A DNA stretch of 64,000 nucleotides from an uncultured Gemmatimonadales bacterium (GCA_963851265.1 CAWKNZ010000007.1:96001-160000), one strand, 5' to 3'. Counted from the first letter of the stretch, positions 10,501 to 20,557 are shown. Notes: a model not told the origin generated them from the letters alone. Translations and numbers: made by a program.

Positions 10501-11628
10501 TCAGTGGGCCGCCACCTGGCGGACCACGTCCAGCGTCTGTCGCGTCGTCCGCTGCCACCGTAGCGTGGCGGCACGGGCGAGTGCACGCTGCACGAGATCC
10601 GCGCGGAGCGCGCTGTCCGTGAGCACGCGGCCGATCGCGTCCGCGAGAGATTCCACGGTTGGCGTGTCAAGCGTGAGCGCGTGGCCTGCGGCCAGCTCAC
10701 CGAGGCCGCCGCGGTTGGTCGCGACGACAGGCGTGCCGCATGCCATCGCTTCCACGGTGGTCATCGACCACCCCTCGTACGTCGACGGGTGGACGAATAC
10801 GTCGGCCGCGCTGTAGATCGGGACCAGCTCGCGGTGGTCGACGATCTGGCCGTCCGTCTGTACGACGTCGCCCGTAATGCCCAGCTCCTCACAGATCGCG
10901 CGGAGCGGCAGCTGATCCGGATTCGGCCCGAACAGCAAGAGTCCATGCGGGATGTGCATCTCGTGGCGAAGGCGTGCGAACGCCTGCAGCAGCATGGGAA
11001 TGTTTCGGCGCGTCGAGGACTTCCCCGCGAACAGCAGGTACGGACGGTTCCCGCCGAAATGCGTGTGTCGCACGGCTGCGAGGGTCTGTGCGTCGTGAAT
11101 CGGTTGGAAACAGTCGTCCGCTCCTTGGAGCACGACGACCATGCGTTCGGCTGGAATCCCCCAAGTGCGCGCGATATCGCCCTTCGTCGACTCCGACGCG
11201 ACGATGACTGCATCGGCGCGTTCGGCGCTGTGCCTGTACAGTCGGCCGTACGTGTGCGGATACCACCACGCGTGCGCGCCCGACTGGATCTCGTTGATGC
11301 TGTGCGTGGCGACGACGAGCGGACCCCGGTACGCCAGGGGGGCCGTGTACGCAGGGCAGAACAGGACGTCGAGGCGTCCGGCCTGACGACGTAACGCCAC
11401 GTTCTCCCACGGAATTCCCGAGATGTCGGGCGCGAGCACCGTTTCGCGAACAGCGGTCGACAAGCCCAGATACGCACGGCTCGACGCGTCGAGCGGACGC
11501 CGGACGAAGAGGTTCAACTCGTCGGTCTCATCGAGCATGCCGCTCCAGTAGCGCAGCATGTACTCGATGTAACGCCCCACGCCGAGTCGCTGGCCCGCGA
11601 GGCGATGTCCGTTGAATCCGATGCGCAC
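10501..11628 (-). CDS. GT4-family glycosyltransferase
   Basis: GVGRY, ADVFVHPSTYEGWSMTTVEAMACGTPVV (EX7E). Confidence 0.9.
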   Translation of the reverse strand: MRIGFNGHRLAGQRLGVGRYIEYMLRYWSGMLDETDELNLFVRRPLDASSRAYLGLSTAVRETVLAPDISGIPWENVALRRQAGRLDVLFCPAYTAPLAYRGPLVVATHSINEIQSGAHAWWYPHTYGRLYRHSAERADAVIVASESTKGDIARTWGIPAERMVVVLQGADDCFQPIHDAQTLAAVRHTHFGGNRPYLLFAGKSSTRRNIPMLLQAFARLRHEMHIPHGLLLFGPNPDQLPLRAICEELGITGDVVQTDGQIVDHRELVPIYSAADVFVHPSTYEGWSMTTVEAMACGTPVVATNRGGLGELAAGHALTLDTPTVESLADAIGRVLTDSALRADLVQRALARAATLRWQRTTRQTLDVVRQVAAH

Positions 11629-11646
11629 GTCGGTGGGCCGGGAGCG

Positions 11647-12903
11647 TCAGCGATACTGCCCGGCGAACGCGCGGACCTGCTCGTGCACGTAGTCGAGCTG
11701 GAGTTCACTCAAGCCATGATGGCAGGCGAGCAGCATTCCACCGCGCATCACGCGGTCCGCATTCGGATAGCCGTCCGGCGACTCGTGCCGCATGATGCCG
11801 GCGAATCCTGGTTGGCGCAGGATGTTGCCCGTGAACACCGTGCGGGTCTGGATCCCACGTCGTTCGAGAAAGATCTGCAGGTCGCGGCGGATGAATGGCG
11901 CGTCGTCTCGCACGATGAGGGGGAACGCGAGCCAGCCGGTCGACGATGCCTCGGCCTGTCGCGGAAGCACGAACCACTCCTCGTATTCGGCGAAGAACGC
12001 GCGCTGCCGCGCAAAATTGCGGGCGCGCGTCTCGACGTTCCCGGCGAGCCGGTCGAGCTGCACGAGCCCGAACGCGGCGCCGATCTCCGACGGCTCCATG
12101 TTGTAGCCGACGCGCGAGAACACGAATTTCGCGTCGTATGGAATTCCACCCACGTCGACGTTGAAGCGATTCTCGACCCGCTCGGAATCCACGAACAGCG
12201 ACGAGCTACGACCCCAGCTCCGCAGCAGGCGCGCCTCCTCGTTCCACTCCTCCCGATTCACGCACAGCATGCCGCCGTTTCCGGCGCAGTTGATGACATG
12301 CGATCCGTAGAAGCTCGTCGTGCTGATGTCGGAGCGCGTGCCGGTACTCGTGCCGCGGAGGGTCGCGCCTAACGTGTCGGCGGAGTCCTCGATCACGTAC
12401 AGGTCGCGCGCCCGCGCGATCTCGGCGATGCGGTCCCAATCCGGCAGGTTGCCGATGAGCGAAGGAACCATCACCGCCCGCGTTCTCGGGGTGAGTGCCG
12501 CCTCGACCTGGTCGACATCGATGTTGAACGTGTCGGGCTCGACGTCCACGAAGGCGGGCACCAACCCATTCTTGACGAGCGGGGCCACCGTCGTGGCGAA
12601 GGTGAGCGCCGGCGTCACCACCTCGGCTCCGGCCGGCAAGCCGAGTAGCTCGACCGCGAGGTAGTTCGCACTCGAGCCAGAGTTCACCATCACGCCATGC
12701 CGTTTCGCGAACAGCGCCGCGATGCGCGCCTCGAACGCGCGCACGCGCGGGCCCATCTGCGTCGACGTGCGCAGCACCTCGAGCACGGCTGCGATCTCCT
12801 CCTCGCCATGTACGGTCTGGCCGTACGGCACGCGCAGCATCTCGGCGGGCGGCGACATATCGATCCTGAGACTGTTCGTGGCGCTGCTCGTAGCGTTGGT
12901 CAT
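11647..12903 (-). CDS. DegT/DnrJ-family PLP/PMP enzyme, RfbH(DdhC)/ColD-type sugar 3-dehydratase
   Basis: VNSGSSAN, TFATTV, IEDSAD and SFYGSH with His at the usual Schiff-base Lys position; follows rfbF-rfbG. Confidence 0.8.
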   Translation of the reverse strand: MTNATSSATNSLRIDMSPPAEMLRVPYGQTVHGEEEIAAVLEVLRTSTQMGPRVRAFEARIAALFAKRHGVMVNSGSSANYLAVELLGLPAGAEVVTPALTFATTVAPLVKNGLVPAFVDVEPDTFNIDVDQVEAALTPRTRAVMVPSLIGNLPDWDRIAEIARARDLYVIEDSADTLGATLRGTSTGTRSDISTTSFYGSHVINCAGNGGMLCVNREEWNEEARLLRSWGRSSSLFVDSERVENRFNVDVGGIPYDAKFVFSRVGYNMEPSEIGAAFGLVQLDRLAGNVETRARNFARQRAFFAEYEEWFVLPRQAEASSTGWLAFPLIVRDDAPFIRRDLQIFLERRGIQTRTVFTGNILRQPGFAGIMRHESPDGYPNADRVMRGGMLLACHHGLSELQLDYVHEQVRAFAGQYR

Positions 12904-13991
12904 GGCGTCGGGTCTGCGCCGTCGACGCGGCGCTCGTAGGCAAGCAGTTGCTCGCGGACCAGCGCTCCAGCCCGCGATGGATCGTCGTAGAACGCACGGT
13001 ACCAGCCGACCGTCAGGTCGACCGTCTCGCGCAACGTCAGCGCCGAGCGCCAGTCGAGGCGCGTGGCGGCCTTCGCGGAGTCGAGCACCAGTAGCTGTGC
13101 CTCTTGCGGTCCACCGACCTCCGGCGCGAAATCGGCCGCCACCCGGTCCCACGCGACGGCCATCCGCTGCACCACGTCGCGGACCGGCACCGCACCGTCC
13201 GCGTCGGGCCCGAAGTTCCACGCCTCCGCGAACCGCTGACCGCACTCGACCAGCGCGCGGCCTAACAGCAGATACCCACGCAATGGCTCGAGGACGAACT
13301 GCCACGGCCGAACGGCGTCGGGGCACCGAACGGGCGTGCGCTCGCCCGTCGTCGCACCACGCATGAGGTCGGGCACGAGGCGATCGGTCGCCCAGTCACC
13401 GCCGCCGATCACGTTGCCGGCGCGCGCAGAGGCGACCGCCGCCGCCGCCGAGTCGAGAAACGACCGGCGCATCGCCGTCGTGACCAACTCCGCGCACCCC
13501 TTGCTCGAACTGTACGGGTCGTGCCCGCCGACGGCGTCATCCTCGCAGTAACCGCGGGGCAGGGCACGATTGTCATAGCACTTGTCGCTCGTCACGACTA
13601 CCACGGCGCGGACGGTCCCGACGGGCCGCACGGCGTTCAGGAGGTGCACGGTTCCCATCACGTTCGTCGCGTACGTCGCGACGGGATCGGCGTACGAGCG
13701 CCGAACGAGCGACTGCGCCGCGAGGTGGAACACCAACTCCGGCGCCGCCGCACGCAGCGCGCCGGCGAGCGCGGCTTCGTCCCGCACGTCAGCGAAGATC
13801 GACTGTACCCCGTCGCCGATCGCGGCCGCCTCGAACAGGCTCTCTCGGCCCCGCTCGGGCGGAAGCGCGTAGCCGACGACCGTCGCACCCACGTCGCGCA
13901 ACCACGCGGTCAGCCACGCACCCTTGAACCCAGTGTGGCCGGTGACGAGCACGCGCCGGCCGCGATACCACTCGCGCAGCGCGCCGTTCAC
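12900..13991 (-). CDS. rfbG: CDP-glucose 4,6-dehydratase
   Basis: VTGHTGFKGAWL, HLAAQSLVRRSY, TSDKCY, DPYSSSKG, RAGNVIGGGDW and RPWQFVLEPL. Confidence 0.95.
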   Translation of the reverse strand: MNGALREWYRGRRVLVTGHTGFKGAWLTAWLRDVGATVVGYALPPERGRESLFEAAAIGDGVQSIFADVRDEAALAGALRAAAPELVFHLAAQSLVRRSYADPVATYATNVMGTVHLLNAVRPVGTVRAVVVVTSDKCYDNRALPRGYCEDDAVGGHDPYSSSKGCAELVTTAMRRSFLDSAAAAVASARAGNVIGGGDWATDRLVPDLMRGATTGERTPVRCPDAVRPWQFVLEPLRGYLLLGRALVECGQRFAEAWNFGPDADGAVPVRDVVQRMAVAWDRVAADFAPEVGGPQEAQLLVLDSAKAATRLDWRSALTLRETVDLTVGWYRAFYDDPSRAGALVREQLLAYERRVDGADPTP

Positions 13992-14758
13992 GGCGGGCAC
14001 ATCCAGGGAGGATTGCCGCTACGCCATAGCTCCTCGAGCAGTTGCTTCTCACGCAGCGTGTCCATCGGCTGGAAGAACCCGTCGTGCCGGTACGCCATGA
14101 GTTCTCCGTCGGCCGCGATCCTGTCCAACGCGTCGCGTTCGAGCGAGGTCTCGGGACCGTCGAGGTAGTCGAGCACGCCGGGCTCGAAGACAAAGAATCC
14201 GCCGTTGATCCACCCGATGTTCGTTTGCGGCTTCTCCGAAAACTTGCGGACGGCGCACCCGTCCAGTTCAAGCGCGCCAAAACGCGCGGGTGGGTGGACC
14301 GCGGTCACCGTCGCCAGACGCCCGTGCGACTTGTGGAACGCGACCACCTGGTCGATGGGTACGTCGCTCAGCCCATCGCCGTACGCGACGAGGAACGTCT
14401 CATCGCTCAGCATGTGCCGCAGGCAGAGCAGTCGCCCGCCGGTCAGAGTCTCCGCCCCGGTGTCGATGCAGTGGACCCGCCAGTCGGGCGCCCGTTGGCT
14501 CACCACCGTGCGCTCGCCGTTGCGCAGATCCACCATCCAGTCCGAGTGGTGGTGGAAGAAGTCGCTGAAGTACTGCTTGATGACTTCGCCCTTGTAGCCA
14601 CACGCGACCACGAACTCGCGGTAGCCGCGGGACGCATAGATCGACATCACGTGCCAGAGCATCGGGTGACCGCCGATCTCCACCATCGGTTTCGGTCGGA
14701 CGCTCGTCTCTTCGGCCAGCCGGGTTCCGAGGCCCCCGGCGAGGATGACAGTCTTCAT
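13988..14758 (-). CDS. rfbF: Glucose-1-phosphate cytidylyltransferase
   Basis: ILAGGLGTRLAEET...PKPMVEIGG, TGGRL, WINGGFFV and FFQPMDTLREK. Confidence 0.95.
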   Translation of the reverse strand: MKTVILAGGLGTRLAEETSVRPKPMVEIGGHPMLWHVMSIYASRGYREFVVACGYKGEVIKQYFSDFFHHHSDWMVDLRNGERTVVSQRAPDWRVHCIDTGAETLTGGRLLCLRHMLSDETFLVAYGDGLSDVPIDQVVAFHKSHGRLATVTAVHPPARFGALELDGCAVRKFSEKPQTNIGWINGGFFVFEPGVLDYLDGPETSLERDALDRIAADGELMAYRHDGFFQPMDTLREKQLLEELWRSGNPPWMCPP

Positions 14759-14845
14759 GGCGTCACCGCATACGCAGAAAGGCGAACATGCCGACGACGG
14801 GCGCGGATGAACCCGCAGCGTGGACAGATGGCCCGACGTGGCGCG

Positions 14846-15538
14846 TCATCGGACGTCCTTCACGCGAATCCGCGCCGCGACCGCCGCATAGCGGCGCCGG
14901 CCGTCCAGTTGCAGCGCGCCGACGCCGCCGACCAGCACCACGAGCACGGCGATCGCGCCCCATGCGCGCCGTTCGATCGCCTGGTACGCGAGACCATGCA
15001 CGGCGACGAGTACGGCGGCCGCGTACGTCCATCGCTGCACTCGCTTCCACCGCGCCGCACCCAAGGCGCGCAACGCGCGGTCGTTCGAAACGATCGTCAG
15101 GAGCACCAACAGCACCGCAGCGACCAGCCCCGTGTCGTTGGCCGCGCCGAACGCGTCCACGCGCGGTGACAGAGCGTTGGTCACGTCGGCGCGATGCATG
15201 AAGTACGCGACGATGTCGCCCTTGAGGTGCACGCGGAGCCCGACGACCGTATGCACGACCCCGAAGACCGCGCTCCAGATCCCGACGTCGCGCCGCTGGT
15301 CGGTGCTCGTCGGAGGGCGACGTCCGCGCCGTACGGACCACGGGCCGAGTACCAACGCCCAGGCGAGCAGCAGCGTGCTCGTGTAGGCCGTCGCGACGCT
15401 CACGCGGTGCACGAGCGCCGGGTCGCCAGCGCCGCACGCATAGGCCAGCGCGGTCACGCCTGCCGCGACCGCGAGGACGCGCGCGTTGTGGCGTAGCCGT
15501 GCGCCCCAGTACCGCGAGCGGCCATTCACGCCAACCAT
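14846..15538 (-). CDS. MsrQ/YedZ-like ferric-reductase-type transmembrane protein
   Basis: About 6 TM segments with RRDVGIW...VH, LTIVSND...LG..RWKRVQRWTY...VH; two putative haem-ligand His. Confidence 0.7.
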   Translation of the reverse strand: MVGVNGRSRYWGARLRHNARVLAVAAGVTALAYACGAGDPALVHRVSVATAYTSTLLLAWALVLGPWSVRRGRRPPTSTDQRRDVGIWSAVFGVVHTVVGLRVHLKGDIVAYFMHRADVTNALSPRVDAFGAANDTGLVAAVLLVLLTIVSNDRALRALGAARWKRVQRWTYAAAVLVAVHGLAYQAIERRAWGAIAVLVVLVGGVGALQLDGRRRYAAVAARIRVKDVR

Positions 15539-15956
15539 CGCGCGGCGTGGGGGCGGTACCATTCGGACTGCCGCAAGACCGTCATACGGCCGCGGGACGG
15601 GGGAGGTCACCACGTCGAGACTCGGTGCCGGGTGGGAGAACTTCAGGAGGTCGACGCGGCCGGCTGCCGCCGGCCGCGTCGTGGGGGACAGCGAGGCGAG
15701 ATCGCGCGGGGGAGGTGCGGGGGGCGCGACTGTGGGACCGATTGCGCAAGAGGCATGCTGTGCGGCGCGCTTCGGAGCGCGCGTCTAACCGACCAGCTTG
15801 CACCAGCTTACGCGTTCTGCCGTGGACAGGTCGCGTTTGAACTTCCGGATCGGGTGTAAGCATCCGACCACAACTTGTCGGCTCGGTACTGACAAGTCGC
15901 GCCGCGCGTCTTGCTGTCGGTGACGACCGCCGGCGCGTTCATCATACGAGCGGGCG

Positions 15957-17039
15957 TCAGCGTGACATCGGAATCGCCGCCGCGTTCGGTACACCGCGAC
16001 GCCGCACGACGAAGCGCCACACCCCGTGCAGGTAGCCGATGCCGTACGCGACGTGCATGACCGCGAAACACGCGCCGAGGCGGAGCCCGACGCTCATCCC
16101 TGCGCGACGCGCCTCGGCGAGCGCTGCGGCCAGGGCGGAGATCGCATATGTACCGGCGATCGCCGCCGCGCACGTTGCTGCGGTAGCGCTCACCGGTGCG
16201 AGCAGGAGCGAGACGCCGAGTGCGGTCACGAACGCCGGTGGCACCACCTGCCGGAGGGTCGGAATGTGCCCGAGCTTTCGCGCCGCGAGCGGCTTGTAGT
16301 GGCCGTACTGATACATCATTCGCGCGAGCTGTCGATAGGTGCTGCGGGCCACGTACGTCGTCACCACTCCTGGCACGAGCAACACGCGACCGCCCGCGCG
16401 GCGCAGCCGATGATTGAACTCGTCGTCCTGATTGCGCACGAGTTCCTCGTCGAACCCGCCGATGCGTGCGAATACCTCCCGCGGCCAGCAACCGAACGGC
16501 ACGGTGTCCACCTCCCGCGCATCCGCCTTTCGAGGATTGATCCGGAACTGAGAATTGCCGACGCCGAGTGGATGCGAGAGTGCGACGGCGATGGCACGCG
16601 CCTGCGCGCCGGGACCGCCCGGCACGGTGCGGCACACGCCGCCAACGTTGTCGGCCCCGGAGCGTACGAGCCAACCGACGAGCGCCCGGACGTAGTCGGG
16701 CGGATACTGGCTGTGCGCGTCGACGCGGACGATTACGCCGCCGCGCGCGGCCCGCAGGCCGATGTTGAGCGCCGTCGGCGTTAGCCGCCTCGGGTTGTCG
16801 AGCACGCGCACGCGCGCGTCGCGCGCCGCGAGTTCGTTCAGACGCTCGCGCGTACCGTCGTCGCTCTGTCCGTCGACCACGAGCACCTCCAGCCGGTCGG
16901 CCGGGTAGTCGCCCGCCAGCACCGACTCGAGGCAGGGCCCGATCTCCGTGCGCTCGTTCCGACAGGGGACGATGATCGACACGAACGGCGGCCGTGCCAC
17001 CGCGCCGACGCCCGGGGTGGGGAGCGAAGGGACGGTCAT
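15957..17039 (-). CDS. GT2-family glycosyltransferase (ExoA-like)
   Basis: VSIIVPCRNE, VDGQSDDGT, RVDAHS and GGFDEELVRNQDDEFN. Confidence 0.9.
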   Translation of the reverse strand: MTVPSLPTPGVGAVARPPFVSIIVPCRNERTEIGPCLESVLAGDYPADRLEVLVVDGQSDDGTRERLNELAARDARVRVLDNPRRLTPTALNIGLRAARGGVIVRVDAHSQYPPDYVRALVGWLVRSGADNVGGVCRTVPGGPGAQARAIAVALSHPLGVGNSQFRINPRKADAREVDTVPFGCWPREVFARIGGFDEELVRNQDDEFNHRLRRAGGRVLLVPGVVTTYVARSTYRQLARMMYQYGHYKPLAARKLGHIPTLRQVVPPAFVTALGVSLLLAPVSATAATCAAAIAGTYAISALAAALAEARRAGMSVGLRLGACFAVMHVAYGIGYLHGVWRFVVRRRGVPNAAAIPMSR

Positions 17040-18493
17040 CAGACGCTCCCGTGGGTGGCCAGTTGCGACCGATCTGCCGCGGAGAGCGCGCACACGACCG
17101 CGCGGAATTTCCCGTTCCGCGCCCGCGGGACCGCGCCCACGGCTTCGAGCACCACATCGACGTCGCCCATGCGCTCGCGGAGCCGCGCGGCTATGGTCAC
17201 GCCGTCGGCCGCCGAGTAGCCCGCCGTCGGGACGTAGCGCACGCGCACCCGGTCGAGTGTTTCCTGCACGATCTGCGCTTCCTGAACGCCGAGTCCCGAC
17301 TTGAAGACCGAATCGAGGCGCCCGACGGTTCGCCCGTCGCGCGTGTACAGCACGTCGTCCGTGCGGCCCTCGACGCTCGCGAGCACCGGAAGCCCGCGTC
17401 CGCAGGGGCACGTTGCGCCGATTGGCACGGCGTTCCTCGGTGGCGTACTCGCCGGCGCGAGCGTGACGCGATCTCCCACGCGGTACCGGATGAGAGGCAT
17501 GTCGGCGTTGAGCAGGCTCGTACACACCAGCTCACCCGCCACACCGGGCGGCGACGCGCGTCCTGCATGATCGAGCACCTCGCTGCAGCCGGCCTCGGGC
17601 CACAGGTGCAAGCGGCCGTGATCACACTCGCTCGCGGCAGCGACCGCTTCAGCCTGGCCGTAGGTCTCGCGCACCGGGCCGCCAAACGCTGCCGCAATCG
17701 CCTCACGCTGGTTCGCGAGCAGCGGCTCGGCGTTCGCCACCGTGACCCGAAGCGCGGGCGCGGCGATCCCGGCGGCAAGTATCTCGCGGGCGAGGGCGTG
17801 CAGCGCCGATGGATAGCCAAGCGCGTACACCACGCCGGAGCGCGCGAGCGCCGCCGCGTACGCACCGACGTGGCGCGGCGCGATGTGGTACGCCGAAAGG
17901 TAGAGCTGGCGCAGGGCGGCGTTCCACACCCAGAACGGCGGCGCCTGCTGCGAGGCGGGGACGACGAGTTGACCCCCGACGATCGCCCAACGGTCGCGGC
18001 GGGTCACACCGTACCACGCGCGCGCGCGCGCTTCGTGGAGCGCGTACCAGCGGCGCACGACGTCGCGCGTGAACCACAGGTCGAGCGACGTACCCGTCGT
18101 GCCACTGGTGTGGTCGTGGAACATGCGCCCGATCGTGCGATCATCGGCCACGAACGCCGCGGGCGCGCGGCGCAGCGCGTCTTTTTCCAGGACCGGCCAG
18201 TGTGCGAGCACGTCCCACGCCGCCCGGTCTCCGGCGCGGCGCCGTTCTGCCCATAGCGCCCGATAATACGGGACGCGCGTCGCAGCGCGCTCGAGCACGA
18301 AGGCGAGTCGCTCCTGCTGCCAGGACGTCCACTGCGCCGGGGACCACCGATCGCGGTCGAGCGCCTCGTCTCGCAGACGGTCTGCGCCGGGCCCATACCG
18401 CCATCCGCGCAAATACCCACCGCGAGCGGTCGCGACCGCCGAACGGAGCACGGGCGGCAGCGCGTGGTAGCGGCGCAACAACGCGTCACGCAT
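17039..18493 (-). CDS. Phenylacetate-CoA ligase-like adenylate-forming protein (CapK-type, polysaccharide-associated)
   Basis: TSGTTG P-loop, GYPS, ETYGQAE, MPLIRYRVGD, CPCGR, EGRTDD and NGKFR. Confidence 0.85.
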   Translation of the reverse strand: MRDALLRRYHALPPVLRSAVATARGGYLRGWRYGPGADRLRDEALDRDRWSPAQWTSWQQERLAFVLERAATRVPYYRALWAERRRAGDRAAWDVLAHWPVLEKDALRRAPAAFVADDRTIGRMFHDHTSGTTGTSLDLWFTRDVVRRWYALHEARARAWYGVTRRDRWAIVGGQLVVPASQQAPPFWVWNAALRQLYLSAYHIAPRHVGAYAAALARSGVVYALGYPSALHALAREILAAGIAAPALRVTVANAEPLLANQREAIAAAFGGPVRETYGQAEAVAAASECDHGRLHLWPEAGCSEVLDHAGRASPPGVAGELVCTSLLNADMPLIRYRVGDRVTLAPASTPPRNAVPIGATCPCGRGLPVLASVEGRTDDVLYTRDGRTVGRLDSVFKSGLGVQEAQIVQETLDRVRVRYVPTAGYSAADGVTIAARLRERMGDVDVVLEAVGAVPRARNGKFRAVVCALSAADRSQLATHGSV

Positions 18494-18932
18494 GCGTCCA
18501 ACACCCGTTCGCTGTAGCAGAACCGGTGCACCAAGGGCACACGTCGGTCGTGCCGTGCATCACGTCGATCGTGAGCCCCGTATGCAGCGCAGTGATCGTG
18601 ACGCCCTCGGCCGCAGCACCTACACCGAAAGAGACAAGCGATCTGCGACGCATCGATATGCAGTGATCGGTATCACGACGGCAACAATACCCGCATCGCT
18701 TGGTTTCCCCGGTCCGACGGCGGCGCGGGGTCTGGTCGTGACACCCCGCGTGGCTGACGCGTCTCTTCGCGTCACCAGCACCGGCCCTACGACGGCCGGC
18801 CCCCACGGAACACCACCGTGGCGCACCCCTCGATAGGGGCGGCCGCATCACGACGAGACGACGGTCCTGTGCGATTCTGCGTCGGGCCCGCCCCGTCGAT
18901 ACGCCTAACGGTTTACAAGGACGTTCTGTAAC

Positions 18933-20513
18933 ATGAAGTGCATGCTTCCCGCTTTCGCCTGCCTGGCTCTCGTTACACTCGCCTGCGCCGACCATCCGCT
19001 CGCCCCGGCCACCAGCGTCCAAGCAAGCCATGGGCTGAAGGGTGCCGCGCTGACGCCCTCGACGGCTCGCGCGTTCTACGCCGCCCCGGGCGGATCGAGC
19101 ACCGGTGACGGGTCTGCGAGCCAGCCCTGGGACCTCGCCACCGCGCTCGCGCAGCCGCGAAGCGTCGCCCCCGGCGACACGCTGTGGGTGCGCGGCGGCA
19201 CGTACCGTGGCGACGTGACGAGCAACCTCACCGGCACCACCGAGAAGCCGATCATCGTGCGCCAGGCCCCCGGCGAGCGGGCCACAATCGACGGCAAGTT
19301 CTCGGTCGCGGGCAGCTATACGTGGTACTGGGGCCTCGAGTTCACCTACTCGGACACCAAGCGCGTGAGTGCGATCGAAGGGTCCGATCCCGCCGACCTG
19401 CCGCGGCAGGACAAGACCGTATTCGTCACGGGTCCGTTCAACAAGATCATCAACTGTGTCGTCCACGACATGGGAGACGGCCTGTTCTCCGGAATGAGCG
19501 CGGAAGGCGTAGAAATCTACGGAAGCCTTTTCTACAATAACGGTTGGATCGCGCCCAACCAGCCGAACGGGCACAACATCTACCTGCAGAACTCCGGAGC
19601 GACCAAACTCGTCGCCGACAACGCGGTGTTCAACTCGTTCGCATACGGGGTGCAGCTTTACGGGAGCGAAGCCGCGACCATCTACAATATCCGGCTCGAA
19701 GGCAACAGCATCTTCAACAGCGGGGGCGGCGCGTCGTCCCAATTCGGTCCCTCGCCGAACATCCTGATGCGCGGCGGTGACGGCCGGTTCGGACGCTCGG
19801 TGATCACCGGCAACAGCCTGTACCAGCGAAACGGCGTGGCGAGCGCGGTCGAACTCGGCTCCGCCGGCGGCACGCCCGGCTCGGACATTGAGTTCAGCAA
19901 CAACAACGTGCAGGGACAGGCGTTGTTCGACGAGATGTACGGATACCGCGTGACCGGAAACCGCTTCACCTCCGGTACGACCCCGCTGACGAACGGGGCG
20001 GTGCTCGTCGGGCTTCGGCTGCCGCCGGGTTCCGGATTCGACATCCACCAGTGGACCGGTAACCAATATTCGGCCGCGGCGACCGGCTCGCAGGAGGCGT
20101 TCTACACGCTCGTCCCGTCCGCCGATACGCGCACGTTCGCGAGTTGGCGGCAGGTGACGGGCTACGACGGCGCGGGAAGTAGCTACACCACCGGGGCGCT
20201 TCCGGCGTCCACCCGCGACGTCGTCGTGCGCCCCAACCGGTACGAACCCGGCCGCGCCATGGTGACCGTGTGGAACGCGCGCAATGCCGCGACCGCCTCG
20301 GTCGATCTCAGCCAGGTGCTGAAGGCCGGAGACCGGTATCAGGTGCTCCACGTGTACAACATCTTCGGTACGCCGGTCACTACCGGCACGTACGGCGGCG
20401 GAAGTGTCCAGATCCCCCTTCCCGCGCTGCGTGCTCCGGCGCCGCTCGGCCTCCCCGCGTCCACCGCGCCGGCCAGCCGCGCCTTCAACGTCTTCATCGT
20501 CCGACGGATGTGA
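18933..20513 (+). CDS. Secreted lipoprotein with predicted right-handed beta-helix (pectin-lyase-like) fold
   Basis: Lipobox TLA-C, FYAAPGG...GDGS...PW, PGDTLWVRGGTY, PGERATIDG and Asn-rich repeats. Confidence 0.75.
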   Translation: MKCMLPAFACLALVTLACADHPLAPATSVQASHGLKGAALTPSTARAFYAAPGGSSTGDGSASQPWDLATALAQPRSVAPGDTLWVRGGTYRGDVTSNLTGTTEKPIIVRQAPGERATIDGKFSVAGSYTWYWGLEFTYSDTKRVSAIEGSDPADLPRQDKTVFVTGPFNKIINCVVHDMGDGLFSGMSAEGVEIYGSLFYNNGWIAPNQPNGHNIYLQNSGATKLVADNAVFNSFAYGVQLYGSEAATIYNIRLEGNSIFNSGGGASSQFGPSPNILMRGGDGRFGRSVITGNSLYQRNGVASAVELGSAGGTPGSDIEFSNNNVQGQALFDEMYGYRVTGNRFTSGTTPLTNGAVLVGLRLPPGSGFDIHQWTGNQYSAAATGSQEAFYTLVPSADTRTFASWRQVTGYDGAGSSYTTGALPASTRDVVVRPNRYEPGRAMVTVWNARNAATASVDLSQVLKAGDRYQVLHVYNIFGTPVTTGTYGGGSVQIPLPALRAPAPLGLPASTAPASRAFNVFIVRRM

Positions 20514-20521
20514 TCCGGCCG

Positions 20522-20557
20522 CGAGGACGGGACGCGCCGCGGCGCGTCCCGTCCTCG
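20522..20557. terminator. Perfect 36-bp palindrome between convergent genes (probable bidirectional terminator)
   Basis: CGAGGACGGGACGCGCCG|CGGCGCGTCCCGTCCTCG is exactly self-complementary. Confidence 0.65.

Noticed and set aside
9233..14758. Antibiotic (secondary metabolite) deoxysugar cluster
   Set aside because: No PKS/NRPS or aglycone genes are present, and the context (wzm/wzt, wzx, neu, GTs) indicates a surface polysaccharide.
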